Source: the human T2T-CHM13v2.0 reference genome, Homo sapiens. From it: a stretch of 64,000 nt of DNA. Shown piece after piece: positions 25,670 through 39,129 of this stretch (its first letter is position 1; every line of letters begins with the position of its first letter). The position numbers and the translations under genes were made by a program. The stretch lies in NCBI RefSeq assembly GCF_009914755.1, contig NC_060930.1. One strand, given 5' to 3'. The notes under the pieces were generated by a model, which did not search any database, was not told where the DNA came from, and worked only from the letters and a program-made list of their open reading frames with translations.

Positions 25670-27341
25670 GTAAGAGAATGAACTAGGAGACAGGCTGTGA
25701 AGTTACACATAATCTCAATATGTTAATGAATGATCTATCTACTTGCTAGTATTAAACACCCAGTATCTAGATCTCATTTTCTATCTAATGGTGGACTCCT
25801 CATTGTGTTTGTGAGATATGAAGGCCCTTGACTTACCATGTTTTTATTGCCATACCTTGTTCTCAATTCAACATATCTAGTTCTCTAGACATTATCCAAA
25901 GCAAACATGTGATTTCTAAATGGTGAAATTTCAGTGAAGGAAACGATTTACTACAGACCACTCTGACTGCTAATTTTCTCAGAAGCTAGGAATATATGTT
26001 TTACCATATGGATTTTTGGGACAATTTTGTTTTCTGGGTCCAAGAACCAAAAATTATATTTGAAATATAATTTGTATTTTAAACAGGAGTGGTAATTTTT
26101 AAATATACAAAATATACATGGTCATTCAAGAAAGTTATTGTGAATTATTTGAAGGCAGTCCTTCATGGAGGTATAGTAAAAGTTAGATTGTTTTTCAAAA
26201 CTTCTTCCCAGCTATGAAGCCAAAAAACCCATGGGCTCTCTAGAAGTGTTCCCTTGTTCATTATTTTTTTTTACCCTAGTCACATCAAATTATATTCTTT
26301 TCTCCTCAGTGGTTTCTAAAACCTTGAATGATACTCCTTTTATAGGAAGCACTCCAATGTCAGCATCTCTTTTCAATTTCTTTACAGTTCTACTAGCTCT
26401 CTCAGTGCCTCTCACTTCTGTAAGTTCCCCACACATCCTGACTTCTTCCCTCCCAATATACAAGAGCTAATCCATTACAGCCTAATGAAAAGAACAAAGA
26501 AGAAGCTACTTCACAATATTATGTCTGCTTTTATTAGTAAACCTAATGAAGATAATACCAGTACTTTGCAAATTATGGAGAAAAAATTTTTCTAGAAAAT
26601 GTAATGGATCTAGAAGAGAAGAAGGTGAATTTCACTTGAGGTAGAATATTCCTTAATATCTGATGAGTGAGTTTATTTCAGGCAAAATAAAAACAGAACT
26701 TAAGAAAATAGATCACAAGAGAAGACAATTTCAAGAAGGCTGAATATATATTTTGAGGAGAGGTTAGTATTGGTGAAAAAAGAAGAGAAACTACTGAATC
26801 TATCAGAGGAAATACTATTCTTATCCAGGGATTCACAGATTTCCTAGGAAAGAAAGAGTCTAAGATCAACTGGTGAATAAAAGCACAATAACATTTGCAA
26901 TGAAAAAAATAATTTGGGATTCTATTTCAAAAAATGTATAAAGGGTCAGATTATAGGAAGAAACTGAGCTCATCATCAGATATAATAGTGATGAAATTTT
27001 AAATATTCAGGTTAATATGTGATTAATGTGGTCATGTTTCTTACCCCAGTAGGTCACTGCGACATTTCAGGGATGTGGGTCAGGAAGAGATCAGTAAGAG
27101 AATATCTCTAATTCATTTACATTCTAAAATGAGGAAATGCAATTACTACTACTCTTTCAAGATTTAAAAAAAAAATCGTGGTTTTGATGCATTGAAACCT
27201 GTCTTTTTATTTAAGTTAACATCCTACTGGTGGTTTCTTACTAGGCCAAGAGATAGCTATGTGGTATGCTTAAAAATTGCCCCCTGTGAGAGCTGCTTGG
27301 GAAGATGAAAGGAAAGCTGTGACCGAATGAAGATATTCACA

Positions 27342-27628
27342 GGCCCAGAGATGTGGCTAATGCCTGTAATCGCAGCACTTTGGGAGGCCGAGGCAGGCAG
27401 ATAACTTGAGGTCAGGAATTCAAGACCAGCCTGGCATACACGGTGAAACCCCATCTCTATTAAAAATACAAAAATTAGCCAGGTGTGGTGGTGGACTCCT
27501 GTAATCCCAGTTACTTGGGAAGCTGAGGCGAGAGACTCTCTTGAACCCAGGAGGCGGAGGTTGCAGTGAGCCAAGATCACACCACTGCACTTCAGCCTGG
27601 GAGAAAGAGTGAGAATCTCAAAAAAAAA
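27342..27628 (+). mobile_element. AluS in the OR12D1 intron, 17-bp TSD
   Basis: TSD GAATGAAGATATTCACA (27325-27341) / GAATGAAAATATTCACA (27629-27645); absent from the OR12D2 copy. Confidence 0.95.
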
Positions 27629-27937
27629 GAATGAAAATATTCACAGCCAGAGAAGACTGTAGGCTAGCAACGTTTTCTGATTCCTGGGAGAAAGAAATAT
27701 ATTAATGAAAAACATAATAAAAAAATAGTTGTGTCAGAGATCATAACAGATATATATATATATATCTTTAATATTTAGCCATCTAAAAGCCAAAAATGTA
27801 AAACTTGTGAGGTTGAATCATGCAAAACAACAATACTCTCCCTCCAGATATTCTTGGCTTGGTAAGAAAATTCTGAGCTGGAAGGATTCTGATTGTGATT
27901 AGTGTTCCATACATTATTTTGTCTTTTGTCTGAAGCA

Positions 27938-28884
27938 ATGCTGAATACAACCTCAGTCACTGAATTTCTCCTTTTGGGAGTGACAGACATTCAAGAACTG
28001 CAGCCTTTTCTCTTCGTTGTTTTCCTTACCATCTACTTCATCAGTGTGGCTGGGAATGGAGCCATTCTGATGATTGTCATCTCTGATCCTAGACTCCATT
28101 CCCCTATGTATTTCTTCCTGGGAAACCTGTCCTGCCTGGACATCTGCTACTCCAGCGTAACACTGCCAAAAATGCTGCAGAACTTCCTCTCTGCACACAA
28201 AGCAATTTCTTTCTTGGGATGCATAAGCCAACTCCATTTCTTCCACTTCCTGGGCAGCACAGAGGCCATGTTGTTGGCCGTGATGGCATTTGACCGCTTT
28301 GTGGCTATTTGCAAGCCACTTCGCTACACTGTCATTATGAACCCTCAGCTCTGTACCCAGATGGCCATCACAATCTGGATGATTGGTTTTTTCCATGCCC
28401 TGCTGCACTCCCTAATGACCTCTCGCTTGAACTTCTGTGGTTCTAACCGTATCTATCACTTCTTCTGTGATGTGAAGCCATTGCTAAAGCTGAGCTTAAT
28501 CAGTGGCTGCTCAGTACTGTCACAGGGACAATCGCCATGGGCCCCTTCTTTCTCACATTACTCTCCTATTTCTACATTATCACCCATCTCTTCTTCAAGA
28601 CTCATTCTTTTAGCATGCTCCGCAAAGCACTGTCCACTTGTGCCTCCCACTTCATGGTAGTTATTCTTTTGTATGCACCTGTTCTCTTCACCTATATTCA
28701 TCATGCCTCAGGGACCTCCATGGACCAGGACCGGATCACTGCCATCATGTATACTGTGGTCACTCCAGTACTAAACCCACTGATCTACACTTTGAGGAAC
28801 AAGGAAGTGAAAGGGGCCTTTAATAGAGCAATGAAAAGGTGGCTTTGGCCTAAAGAAATCTTGAAGAACTCTTCTGAAGCATAA
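27938..28884 (+). pseudogene. OR12D1: Olfactory receptor 12D1, frameshifted allele (16-bp deletion after 28492)
   Basis: Close paralogue of OR12D2 split into two frames (27902-28660 and 28537-28884). AAGCTG^AGCTTAAT lacks the GCCTGTGGGAACACTG present in OR12D2; restoring it gives 320 aa. Confidence 0.93.
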
Positions 28885-30509
28885 ATAAACAATTAAAAAG
28901 ATGAGTTTGTAATTACATTGTTTCTTAAATTATTTAGAAATGTACAACAGAGGGAACTGGATAAAACAAAAATATATGGAAAAATATGCTGTAGTTGTAT
29001 TTAACAATGCTTTCCTGGATTATATAAGGGACATTTGAATGAATGGGATACTAGCCATGGAACTCTACTGCTGACTATGTTTTGAAGATATCAGTTGATA
29101 AAATTGATGTTAGGTTTTTTATATGTTCTTATGATGAAATTGGGTATAGAAATATGCCTGTTTTTCCCATATATCAAATATATGGATAATACTTGGGTCT
29201 ATTTATCTATCTGGTCCCTCTAGGTTAATGCATTATAATATTATAAATAAAATTATTATGCTTTGATATTTTGAGGATTTTACTTTAGGGCCATAGTTAC
29301 TCAACTGGAAAAGAATATGCTAACTGACGTATGAGTTAAGGAGAATTTTTAAGGGGTGGGTCTTGATTTCTTATTCTTCAAACAAGGAGACAAGTAATTA
29401 AAGCAAATGACATTGTAATCACTAAATAACAACAACAACAAAAACCCTGACAGTTCATCTAAATAGTTTTGGCACCTCTGTCTCCAGATATCTCTTATTA
29501 GTCAACTGTCCACACCCTCAATGATTACTTAAAATATTAAAAATCGGAGATAATTTAACAAAGCTCTTAAGACTCTTTCAATCTCGTTAGGATGTTATTG
29601 TTCCCTCAGCCTTTAATTGCGGAAGATGACGACTTTATCAAAATTTTATTTTCTTTTTCTTACTTGGCACCAAACTCATACTAAGCAAAGGCATAGAAGT
29701 CATAATTATTGAAGTATTTCTAGACATGAACTGCTATGTTCCTCACTTTTTAAGTTCCTATAAATGGCTTCTGTCCCTGAAAAAATGGTGGATTCTATAA
29801 TTTATAAATATTTAAAGAATAGACAGAAAATACTATGAAAAGGCATTTTAAGCTGGTGGACTGACCCTTCAAGGTCCCTGCATGCACTTTTGTAAATCTA
29901 AACAATTTTATTCTGACTTCTCTCCATGCTTCTTTTGTCTTCTAACTTCACCTTCTTTGGTCCCTCAATTCCAGTTTAGTTTATAATAAAACAAAACAAC
30001 AATGTGTGTGTGGAGATGGCAACTCCTAATCTCAACTGTCCCACACTATCAGTAATATATTTGATGCATATTTTTATACAATATGTTTTTTCTGTCATTT
30101 CTGGTGGTGAGAATCTGCCACATAATTCAAACTTCAGAGAGTTTGTGAACTGTAGAAGAGCACATGGGGTTCTGGTTAACTATTAGTGCATAACACATTA
30201 GGACCCCAAAATTCAATCGCTTAAAACACTTAAGTTACATGCTTTGTTGGGTAAGAAATTTGGAAAAACACAGCAGAGAATGGTTGACTCTGATCCATAA
30301 TGTCTCTGACCTTTGCTGGAATGACTTCAGTCTGGTCACGGAATAGCTGAGAGCTGAGTAAGTCTCTCTCTCTATTTCTTTTTCTCCTCCCTTAATTGCT
30401 CCTTGTGACTATCATATGCTTCTTCAACAGGGAAGCCTCAGACAGACTTTTTCATGTTCCAGTAGACCACGGCAAAAGCTGCCAGCCTGGGGCTGAGATT
30501 GACCAGTAA

Positions 30510-33285
30510 TAAAATGTCTCCTATTCAAAAAAGCCCAGGATCTGATGGCTTTATTGATGTATACTACCAAACATTTATAGGATAATTAATGCCAATCTTC
30601 TTAAACTCACTCAAAAATATGAAAAGGAAGAAATACTTTCAAACTCACTTTATGAGGTCAGCATTACCCTAATACCAAAGCCAGACAACGCAACTATAAG
30701 GAAATGCAGTTACAGGCCAATATCCCTGATGAACATAGATGCAAAAATCCTCAATGAAAACTAGCAAAATGAATTCAACAGCACATTAAAATGATCATAC
30801 ACCATGACTAAGTGGGATTCATCCTTAGGATGCAAGAATGGGTTAACATACACAAATTAATAAATATGATATGCCACATTAACATACTGAGGGATAAAAA
30901 CCATATGATAATAGGTGCAGAAGAAGCATTTGATAAAATTCAATATTCTTTCATAACTAAAAGAAACTTTCAACAAATTAGGTATAGAAGAAACATAGCT
31001 TAATGTAATAAAGATAATGTATATCAAGTCCACTGCTATTCTCATTATCAGTGTTGGAAAGCTAAAAGCTTTTCTTCCGATATCAGGAGCAAGTCAAGGA
31101 GGCCCACTTTCACAATTTCTCTTCAATATAATTCTGACATTCCTAGCTATAGCAATTACACAAAAGAAATAAATAAAAGGCATCCAGACTAAAAAGGAAG
31201 AAGTAAAATTTTCTGTTTGCAGATGACTGGATCTTACATCTAGAAAACCCTAATGACTACACCAAAAACTGTGAGAACTAATAAATTTAGTTAAGTTCAC
31301 AGGATACAAAATTAACTTACAAAAGCCAGTTGCATTTTTACAACAATGATCTATTTGAATAGGAAATCAAGAAAACAATTCTATTTACAATAATATCAAA
31401 GGTAAATAAAATACTTAGGGATAAATCTAACCAAGAAGGTGAAAGATCTGTACCTTGAAAACTATAAGGCATGGATGACAGAAATTGAAAAAGATACAAA
31501 TAAATGGAAAGATATTCTTTATTCATGGATTGGAAGAATTCATATTGTCAAAATGCTCATACTTTCCTAAGCAAACTGTAGATTCTTTACAATCCCTATC
31601 AATATTCTAATGGAATTTTTTACAGAAATAGCAAAAGTACTAAAATTCTTATGGAACCACAAAAGACTCCAAATAGCCAAGGCTATCTTGAGCAAAAAGA
31701 ACAAAGCTGGAGGCACAACTACCTGAACTCAAAATATACCACAAAGCTATAGTAATCAAAACAGTATGATACTGGCATAAAAACAGATACATAGAACAAT
31801 GGAACAGAATAGAGAGCCCAGAAATAAATCTATGTACTTATGGTCAGTTGGTCTTTGGCAAAGGTGCCAAGAACATACAATGGGAAAAGAATAGTTTCTC
31901 CAATAAATTGTGTTGGAAAAACTTAATATTCCACCTAAAGAAGAATGAAATTAAACCATTGTCTCAAACAATACGCAAAAATCAATTTAATTGGATTAAA
32001 AACTGAAAGGCAAGACCTGAAACTAAAACTACTGGAAGAAAACAGGGAAAAACTTCTCAATGGTGGTCTGGGAAATGATATTTTTAAAATATCATACGTA
32101 AAGCACAGGAAACAAAATCAAAAATAAATACGATTCTACCAAACTAAATAGTTCCTATTTAACAAAAGAAAACATCAACAGAATGAAGAGATAACCTATG
32201 AAATGGGAAAACAATATTTCATAAAGAGTTAATATCCAAAATATACATTTTTTAAAAACTCAATAGCAAGAAAACAAATAGCCTAGTTTAAAAATGAGGA
32301 AAGAATCTAAATAGACATTTTTTCAATGAAATAGATATTTCCACACAAATGGCCAAGTGTATTTTTTAATGTTCAACATCATTAAATCAAAGGAAATACA
32401 AACTACAACCACGAGATATCACTTCACATCTGTTAGAATGGCTTTTATCAAAAAGACAAAAAATAACAAGTATTAATGAGGATATAAAAAGAGAACCTTT
32501 GTACATTGTTTTTGGGAATTTACATTTGTACAGCCATTATGGGGAACATATAGAGATTCCTCAAAAAACATAAAGGTAGAAATACCATATGATTCAGTAA
32601 TCCCACTTCTGGGTATATGTCTAAAGGAAATAAAATCAGTATTTCAAAACCAAACATTGTATGTTCTCACTGATATGTGGGAGCTAAGCTATAAGGATGC
32701 AAATACATAAGAATGATACAGTGGACTTAGGGGACTTGGGGTGTAGAGTGGGAGGGGGGGTGAAGGATAAAAGACTACAAATACGGTGCAGTGTATACTG
32801 CTTGGGTGATGAGTGCACCAAAATCTCACAAATCACCACTAAAGAACTTACTCATGTAACCAAATACTACTTGTACCCCAATAACCTATGGAAAAATAAA
32901 AAAAAAATTAGTATTTCAAAGACATATCTGCACTCTTGTGTTCATTGCAGCATGATTCTCAATAGCCAAGATACAGAATTAGCCCAAAGGTCCATCAAAA
33001 CAGAGAAGTGGATTTAAAAATGTGACCTATATAATGTGCATATAGCGTGGTGATTATAGTTAACAATACTGTATTATATACTTGAAATTTTCTAAACTAG
33101 AAGATCATAAATGTTCTCACCACACACATACAAAAGGTTGTAACTATGTGAGGTGATGGATGTGTTAATTGGCTTAATTGTGGTAATCGTTTCACAATGT
33201 ATACATATCTCAAAACATCACAGTAAACATCATAAATATATACAACTTCATGTGTCAGTCATACCTTAATAAAGTTAAGAGGAAG
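30510..33285 (+). mobile_element. L1MA-type ORF2/3' remnant
   Basis: Degraded ORF2 (CTGTTTGCAGATGAC at ~31213) through a 3' UTR ending ATACCTTAATAAAG. Confidence 0.85.
32649..32908 (+). mobile_element. Nested L1 (L1PB/L1MA1-type) 3' end with TSD
   Basis: Ends TACCCCAATAACCTATGGAAAAATAAAAAAAA; flanked by AAAAT(C/T)AGTATTTCAAA on both sides, interrupting the host L1. Confidence 0.85.
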
Positions 33286-33289
33286 AAAA

Positions 33290-34010
33290 CGACCACCAAA
33301 CCCTCTAGGCAGGGGAATATATCAATAGGAACTTTAAAAACTGAAAAGCGAAGAAAACAAAGACTTATTAAAGCAGAGAAGAATATTCAAGGATTCTGGA
33401 AAAACTCCAAAATATGTAATACATACAATGGGAATATCAGAAGGAGTAGAAAAGTAGATAGGAACAGAAGAAATATTTGAAGCAATAACTGAAAATTTCC
33501 CCAAATTAATATGAGACATCAAACTTCAAATCTAGGAGGCTCAAGGAATACCAAGAAGCATAAATGCCAGAAAAACTATGGCTAGGAATATCATTTTTAA
33601 ACTATGGAAAATTAAACAAAAATCAGAAAGTCAAAGATTTTTTTTAAATCATGAAGAAGCCAGAGGATAAAAAATACCATACCTTTAGGGAAGAAAAGAT
33701 GACATCTGAGTTCGCAGAAGCTACAAAAGTTAGAAGAAAATAGAGTGAAATATTTAAAATTTTTGATAGAAGAAAAACCAATCTAGAATTCTGCACTACA
33801 TGAAATTATCCTTCAAAAGTGAATGAGAAATAAACCTTCTCAGAGGAACAAAAATTGAGGGAATTTATTGCCAATAGACTTGCCTGGTAAAAAGTGATAA
33901 AATAAATTTTTTAGAGAGTAATAAAATTATACAAGTGAGACATTTCAATCCACCTTTAAGAACAGAAGAGCATTGAAGAAGAAATAAGTGAAAGTAAAAT
34001 AAAAGAAAAA
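33290..34010 (+). mobile_element. Old L1M ORF1 remnant
   Basis: GAAAATTTCCCCAAATT and GAAATTATCCTTCAAAAGTGAATGAGAAATAAA are ORF1-region segments. Confidence 0.6.
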
Positions 34011-34074
34011 ATATCTAATTACGTATGCTTATGTAAGTGTGTGTGTGTGTGTATGCTTTCATATGCTTAGGATG

Positions 34075-34795
34075 GTTTCATAACTTTGCTCTTGTGAAAA
34101 GTGCTGCAATTAACATACACATGCAGGTGTCTTGTTTGTACCATGATTTATTTTCCTTTGGGTAGATATCTAGTATTGGGATTGCTGAATCAAAGGGTAG
34201 TTCTAATTTTAGCCCTTTAAGAAATCTTCATACTGTTTTCCATAGAGGTTGTACTAATTTATATTCTCATCAACAGTATATAAGCATTCCCTTTTCTCTG
34301 CATTCTCACCAACATCTCTTGTTTTTGACTTTTTAATAATAGTTACTATTACTGGTATGAGATGATATCTCAGTGTGGTTTTAATTTGCACTTCTCTGAT
34401 GACTAGCAATGTTGAGCTTTTTTTATATGTTTGTAGGTTTTGTAGGCTGATTGTATGTCTTCTTTTAAATGTAAGACCTGAAACTATAAAAATTTTAGAA
34501 GAAAACCTAGGAAAAACTCTTCTGAACATTGGCCTAGGCAAAGAATTTGTGACTAAGACCTCAAAAGCAAATGCAACAAAAATAAAAATAGACAAACAGA
34601 ACTTAATTAAACTAAAAGGCTTCTGCACAGTGAAGGGAATAATCAACAGAGTAAACAAACAACCTACAGAATGGGAAAACATATTTGCAAATTATGCACC
34701 TAATACGGGACTGGTATCCAGAACTTACAAGGAACTTAAACAACTCAACAAGAAAAACAAATAAATAACCCCATTAAAAAGTGGACAAAGGAAAT
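34075..34795 (-). mobile_element. L1 fragment with 5' inversion (34075-34466 minus, 34468-34795 plus)
   Basis: Chimeric ORFs 34254-34682 (-) and 34375-34764 (+) each switch L1 orientation at ~34467. Confidence 0.8.
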
Positions 34796-35370
34796 TTTTG
34801 TATTTAGTATATGCTTGAAATGTTTGTATTTTAAAATGTCAAAAGAAAAAAAAATTAGTACCTAACATTATCCTTTCGCACTGTGCCAAGAGTAGACATT
34901 CATTATAGTGCTTTTACATCTGTGAACACCCCCACTACATTGTGATCATTTCCTAGATTCCTTAACAGCTGGTAACAACCATGGAAATTAGGTCCTACCA
35001 ATCAGCAAGACTATGCATGTGGAATTCAGTCTTCTCTGCATGAAACAGAGGAATCTGGTCCTTCTGGAGCATCAGTGATGGATCTAGAAGTACTCTAGGG
35101 TTGAGTAATGATGGCAGTGATATTTACGCCAACAAGAGACCCTCTGTGTTTCTGCATCTCATTCCTGGCAGAATAATTCAGAGTCTGACTCTCTTTACCT
35201 ACAGGATAGTGTGTGAGCTATCAAATATTATATAAGAAAAAACAGCAGCTTAAATTAGCCAGGGTAGCTTATGTTGTTTGCAACTGAAACCACACCAAGA
35301 AAATTCACTTCTCTCAATTACTCACTCCTGATTTTAGTTACATATGCACACAGACACACAGAATAGAGCC

Positions 35371-35497
35371 TGATATGGTTTCGTTTTATGTCCCCACACA
35401 AATCTCATCTCAATTGTAATCTCCCATGTCAAGGGAGGGACCTGGAGGGAAGTGATTTCATCATGGGGGAACTTTCCCCCACGCTGTTCTCCTGACA
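35371..35497 (+). mobile_element. Truncated MST/THE1 MaLR LTR
   Basis: TGATATGGTTTCGTTTTATGTCCCCACACAAATCTCATC... Confidence 0.75.
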
Positions 35498-35699
35498 TAT
35501 ACACTAAGTAAACAGAGCTCTGGTCTATATAACCCTGGGAACCAACCACATCCTCTCTGTACTACTTACCTCCAGACTTCTTTTACTTGAGAGAAAAATT
35601 AACTTTTACTTACATGACAATTTTTACTTTTAAAACTTTGTATTGACAGTTTCTAATAGCTAAGTGTGATTCCTGGCTGACTGATATATAATGTACTAG

Positions 35700-36440
35700 A
35701 GAGCCATTTATTAAAATGGTGAATTTTGGAATTGAAAAAGGAACATAAAAACATTTGGAATAAAAGTTAATCATCACCTTTCCACAATGGATGATTAAAG
35801 TATTAGGGAAAACGTTAATTAGAAACTGAGTAATTGATAGATCTGACTGATACCACCTCAACTCACTGGACAATAATATAAATAGCATCTCTAAGAGTGG
35901 GACAACTAAATATCATGTGTCTCAGGATATGATGCAATAAAAATAACATAGCAACTTAAGTCAATGGCATGACAAAAAAGTGGGGTCTGCTATGTTATAA
36001 AGGGACTGGAAAGACAATAACAAAATACATTGTGTGAACCTTGTTTAGATCCTAATTTTAAGAAATTACTTAAAGATCAATGGAGAAATTTGAACATGGC
36101 TTGTGTATTAGATGATATAAAGGAAATACTGATAATTGTGCTAAGTATCATAATGGTATTGTGGGCATGGTTTTTTAAAATGTCTTTATTAGTCACAGAT
36201 TATACTAAATACATATGTGGAATATGTACATACATAACTTACACAACATAATAGTTATACAACATCTGGAATTTGCCCTAAAATTTTCCATGAAAACTAA
36301 CAAACAAGGAGCTGTAGCTAATTAAAATAAGATTAGCAAAATGTTGATGTTGAAGCTGGATGGTGGCTACATGGAGTACATGGGGGTTCACTGTGCTCTT
36401 CTCTTTTATGTATGTTTGAAATGTTCTACAAGAAAAGAAG
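35700..36440 (+). mobile_element. Ancient L1ME/L1MC 3' remnant
   Basis: GGAGAAATTTGAACATGG...TTAGATGATATAAAGGAAAT...TATGTTTGAAATGTTCTAC. Confidence 0.5.
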
Positions 36441-36885
36441 TTTAAAAGAAAAGGAATTCAGCTTTAGATTTTTAAAAACACATATCCTTAGATCTTGCAA
36501 TTTAGGTGCTAAAAGTTTATTACAGGAAAATCCAGATGTAAACAATGTACAGTAAAAGAATAGAATACAACTAAAAATTCCCAAAATAGAATAACAAATC
36601 ATGTTTAGCCATACGATGAAGCCCAGAAGAATAAAGAAATAGATGCTTGTTAATAGAAAAAGTTGTTCGTGACACAGTGTTCAGTGGAAAACCAGATTAC
36701 AAACTCCATGATCCAACTTGTATGTATAAATATAAATACACATAGAAAGAAATTTTTAAATGTCATACAACAATAATATAAAAAACAATATTTCTAGGTT
36801 TATTTTGGTATTGCTGTATTATTTTTAAATATTTATGACATATTTAATAAAGAACTAATCAAAGTTTAAATAATTTTGATTATTT

Positions 36886-37198
36886 GACATGGATGGAATT
36901 GGAGGCTACTATCCTTCGCAAACTAACACAGGAACAGAAAATCAAATACCGTATGTCTTCACTCATAAGTGGGAGCTAAATTATGAAAACATATGGATAC
37001 ATAGAGGGGAACAACACACTGAATCCTACTTGAGGGTGGAGGTTGGGAGGAGGGAGAAGATCAGGAAAAATGATTAATGAGTACTAGGCTTAATACCTGG
37101 GTGATGAAATAATCTGTACAGTAAACCCCCATGACACAAGTTTACCTATGTAACAAACCTGCACATGTACCCTTGAACTTAAAATAAAAGTTAAAAAA
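36886..37198 (+). mobile_element. L1PA (old) 3' end
   Basis: ATGTAACAAACCTGCACATGTACCCTTGAACTTAAAATAAAAG; lies just beyond the OR11A1 stop. Confidence 0.85.
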
Positions 37199-37349
37199 TT
37201 GTTGCCCTATCATTTTCATTTTTAGTATAACTGCAGAAGAGTTCAAAGAGAATGGTCGAATAAGACAAAGTTACTCCTCTCCAACCCATCCTGGAAGAGT
37301 CCCCAGTGGAGGTGTCCGAAGTCCAAAATAACATCTTCATTACTCTCCT

Positions 37350-38297
37350 TCAATCAAGTGTTTCAGTTTGTTTGATACAGAGAATCTTCCGAAGTGCCTG
37401 ATGCACCTCCTTGTTCCTCATGGTATAGATCACAGGATTGAAGAGAGGGGTGACCACAGTGTAGAGCAGGGAGAAGACCTTGGAGAGGAGCTGGGAATGG
37501 ACAGCAGAGGGTGCAACATAAAAGATCATGAGCGTTCCATAGAATGTGGTCACTACAGCTAGGTGGGAGGAGCATGTGGAGAAAGCCCTTCTCCTGCTTG
37601 CCCCAGCAGGAACTCTCAGCACTGCCACCACAATTCTGGCATAAGATGTCAGAATCAGTCCAAAAGGAATAGTGAGGCAGAACACAGACAGAATGAGAGT
37701 TGTCACCTGAGCCACTCTGGGATCCGAGCAAGCCAGGCCCACGAAAAGCATAAAGTCACAGTAAAACTGGTCAATGTGGTTGGGGCCACAGAACCTCAGC
37801 TGGGTCACCAGGGCCACAACCAGTCCATCTACCACAAATCCAGAGAGCCAGGTTGTGACCACCAGCCCCATGTACCGTCTGGGCCCCATCAGGAGTGGGT
37901 AGTGGAGTGGGTAGCAAATTGCCAGGTAGCGGTCATATGCCATGACAGCCAGCAGTAAGCATTCAGCTGTGGCTAGAGAGCCGAAGATAAAGAACTGGAG
38001 CAAGCAACCAGCCACAGAGATAGTTGCTTCTTGCAGGAAGCCCTCCAGCATTTTTGGCATCACTGCGGAGGTGTAGAGAATATCCAGGAAGGACAGATTC
38101 GCCAAGAAAATATACATGGGTTTGTGGAGCCTCTGGGAGCTAACCACTGCTACAATAATCAGCATATTCCCTATGATGATGAAGACATAGACAGCAGTGA
38201 ATACAATAAAAAACAAGAAATGCAGTTCAGGGATGTCATAGAAGCCAAGGAGGACAAATTCAGTAATAGTTTCGTTTCCTGTGGAGACAATTTCCAT
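37350..38297 (-). CDS. OR11A1: Olfactory receptor 11A1, 315 aa, intact
   Basis: MEIVSTGNETITEFVLLGF...; motifs LHKPMYIFLANLS, MAYDRYLAICYPLHY, RAFSTCSSH, PLFNPVIYTMRN. Confidence 0.95.
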   Translation of the reverse strand: MEIVSTGNETITEFVLLGFYDIPELHFLFFIVFTAVYVFIIIGNMLIIVAVVSSQRLHKPMYIFLANLSFLDILYTSAVMPKMLEGFLQEATISVAGCLLQFFIFGSLATAECLLLAVMAYDRYLAICYPLHYPLLMGPRRYMGLVVTTWLSGFVVDGLVVALVTQLRFCGPNHIDQFYCDFMLFVGLACSDPRVAQVTTLILSVFCLTIPFGLILTSYARIVVAVLRVPAGASRRRAFSTCSSHLAVVTTFYGTLMIFYVAPSAVHSQLLSKVFSLLYTVVTPLFNPVIYTMRNKEVHQALRKILCIKQTETLD

Positions 38298-38420
38298 GTC
38301 GATCGTCCAAGTTTCTGCTTGGCAATAATTGGGGGAGAAATTTTAGCATGTCTCTGCATCTTCTATACCAAGCCTAACGTTATTAGAGCTAAAACAAAAC
38401 AAAACAAAAAAGACAAAAAT
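38298..38420 (-). promoter_or_regulatory. OR11A1: OR11A1 coding-exon 5' UTR (91 nt) and splice acceptor
   Basis: Minus strand TTTTTGTCTTTTTTGTTTTGTTTTGTTTTAG|CTC; the exon starts at 38388. Confidence 0.75.
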
Positions 38421-39129
38421 GAGTCTCTAAAACAAGACTCGCTCACGCAAGTCTTCAACTATCCCCCTTCTTAGTTGTCATTCCTTCCTCAACTCTCATC
38501 CTTCCCTGCCTTCCTTAATTGTGCATATTCTTTAACGCTCAGAAGAGTTTATCCAAACTCATAATTTTAGTCTTTCAAAGACCTTTACCCCATTAATTCA
38601 ATCTACTACCTCTTTCGCATAATCACCTCTATCATTCTTATCTGTATAGTCAGCCATAGCCTCCTTCTTGTGCACCAGTATAATATTCTCCAAATGTGTG
38701 CTATATAGACATGGCCCACAACTGCAAACTCTTCTATCTTTCTCAATCACAACCAATTCCTCTATGAGTGGTTTGAGAATTCTGTCTAATCCCCATGGTC
38801 ACTATCTCATTCTTCTCATTATCTCAACCGCCCCTTTCATTCCCCATCTCCTAATCAGTGATACCTTACCAACTGTTCCTCGGATAATTCTTATATATTC
38901 TTCACTTATTGCCTTCCTTAAATAGTAGTTTCATCAAGTCATTCAGGAGTTGGTAGTGAAAATGTGGTAAATGGTAATAGGGAAGGAAGTAGGTGCCATG
39001 GGAGCAGAGAAGGACCAAACCCAGCCTGGGGTTGTGGGGCAGAAGGTGTGGGATCAAGGTCGGGGAAGGCTTTCTGAAGATAGAAGCAAGTAGGCTAAGT
39101 TTTGAGGGCCAATTAAGAGTTGGCCAGGA

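Noticed and set aside
28537-28884. 115-aa ORF as a separate gene
   Set aside because: It is TM5-TM7 of the frameshifted OR12D1.
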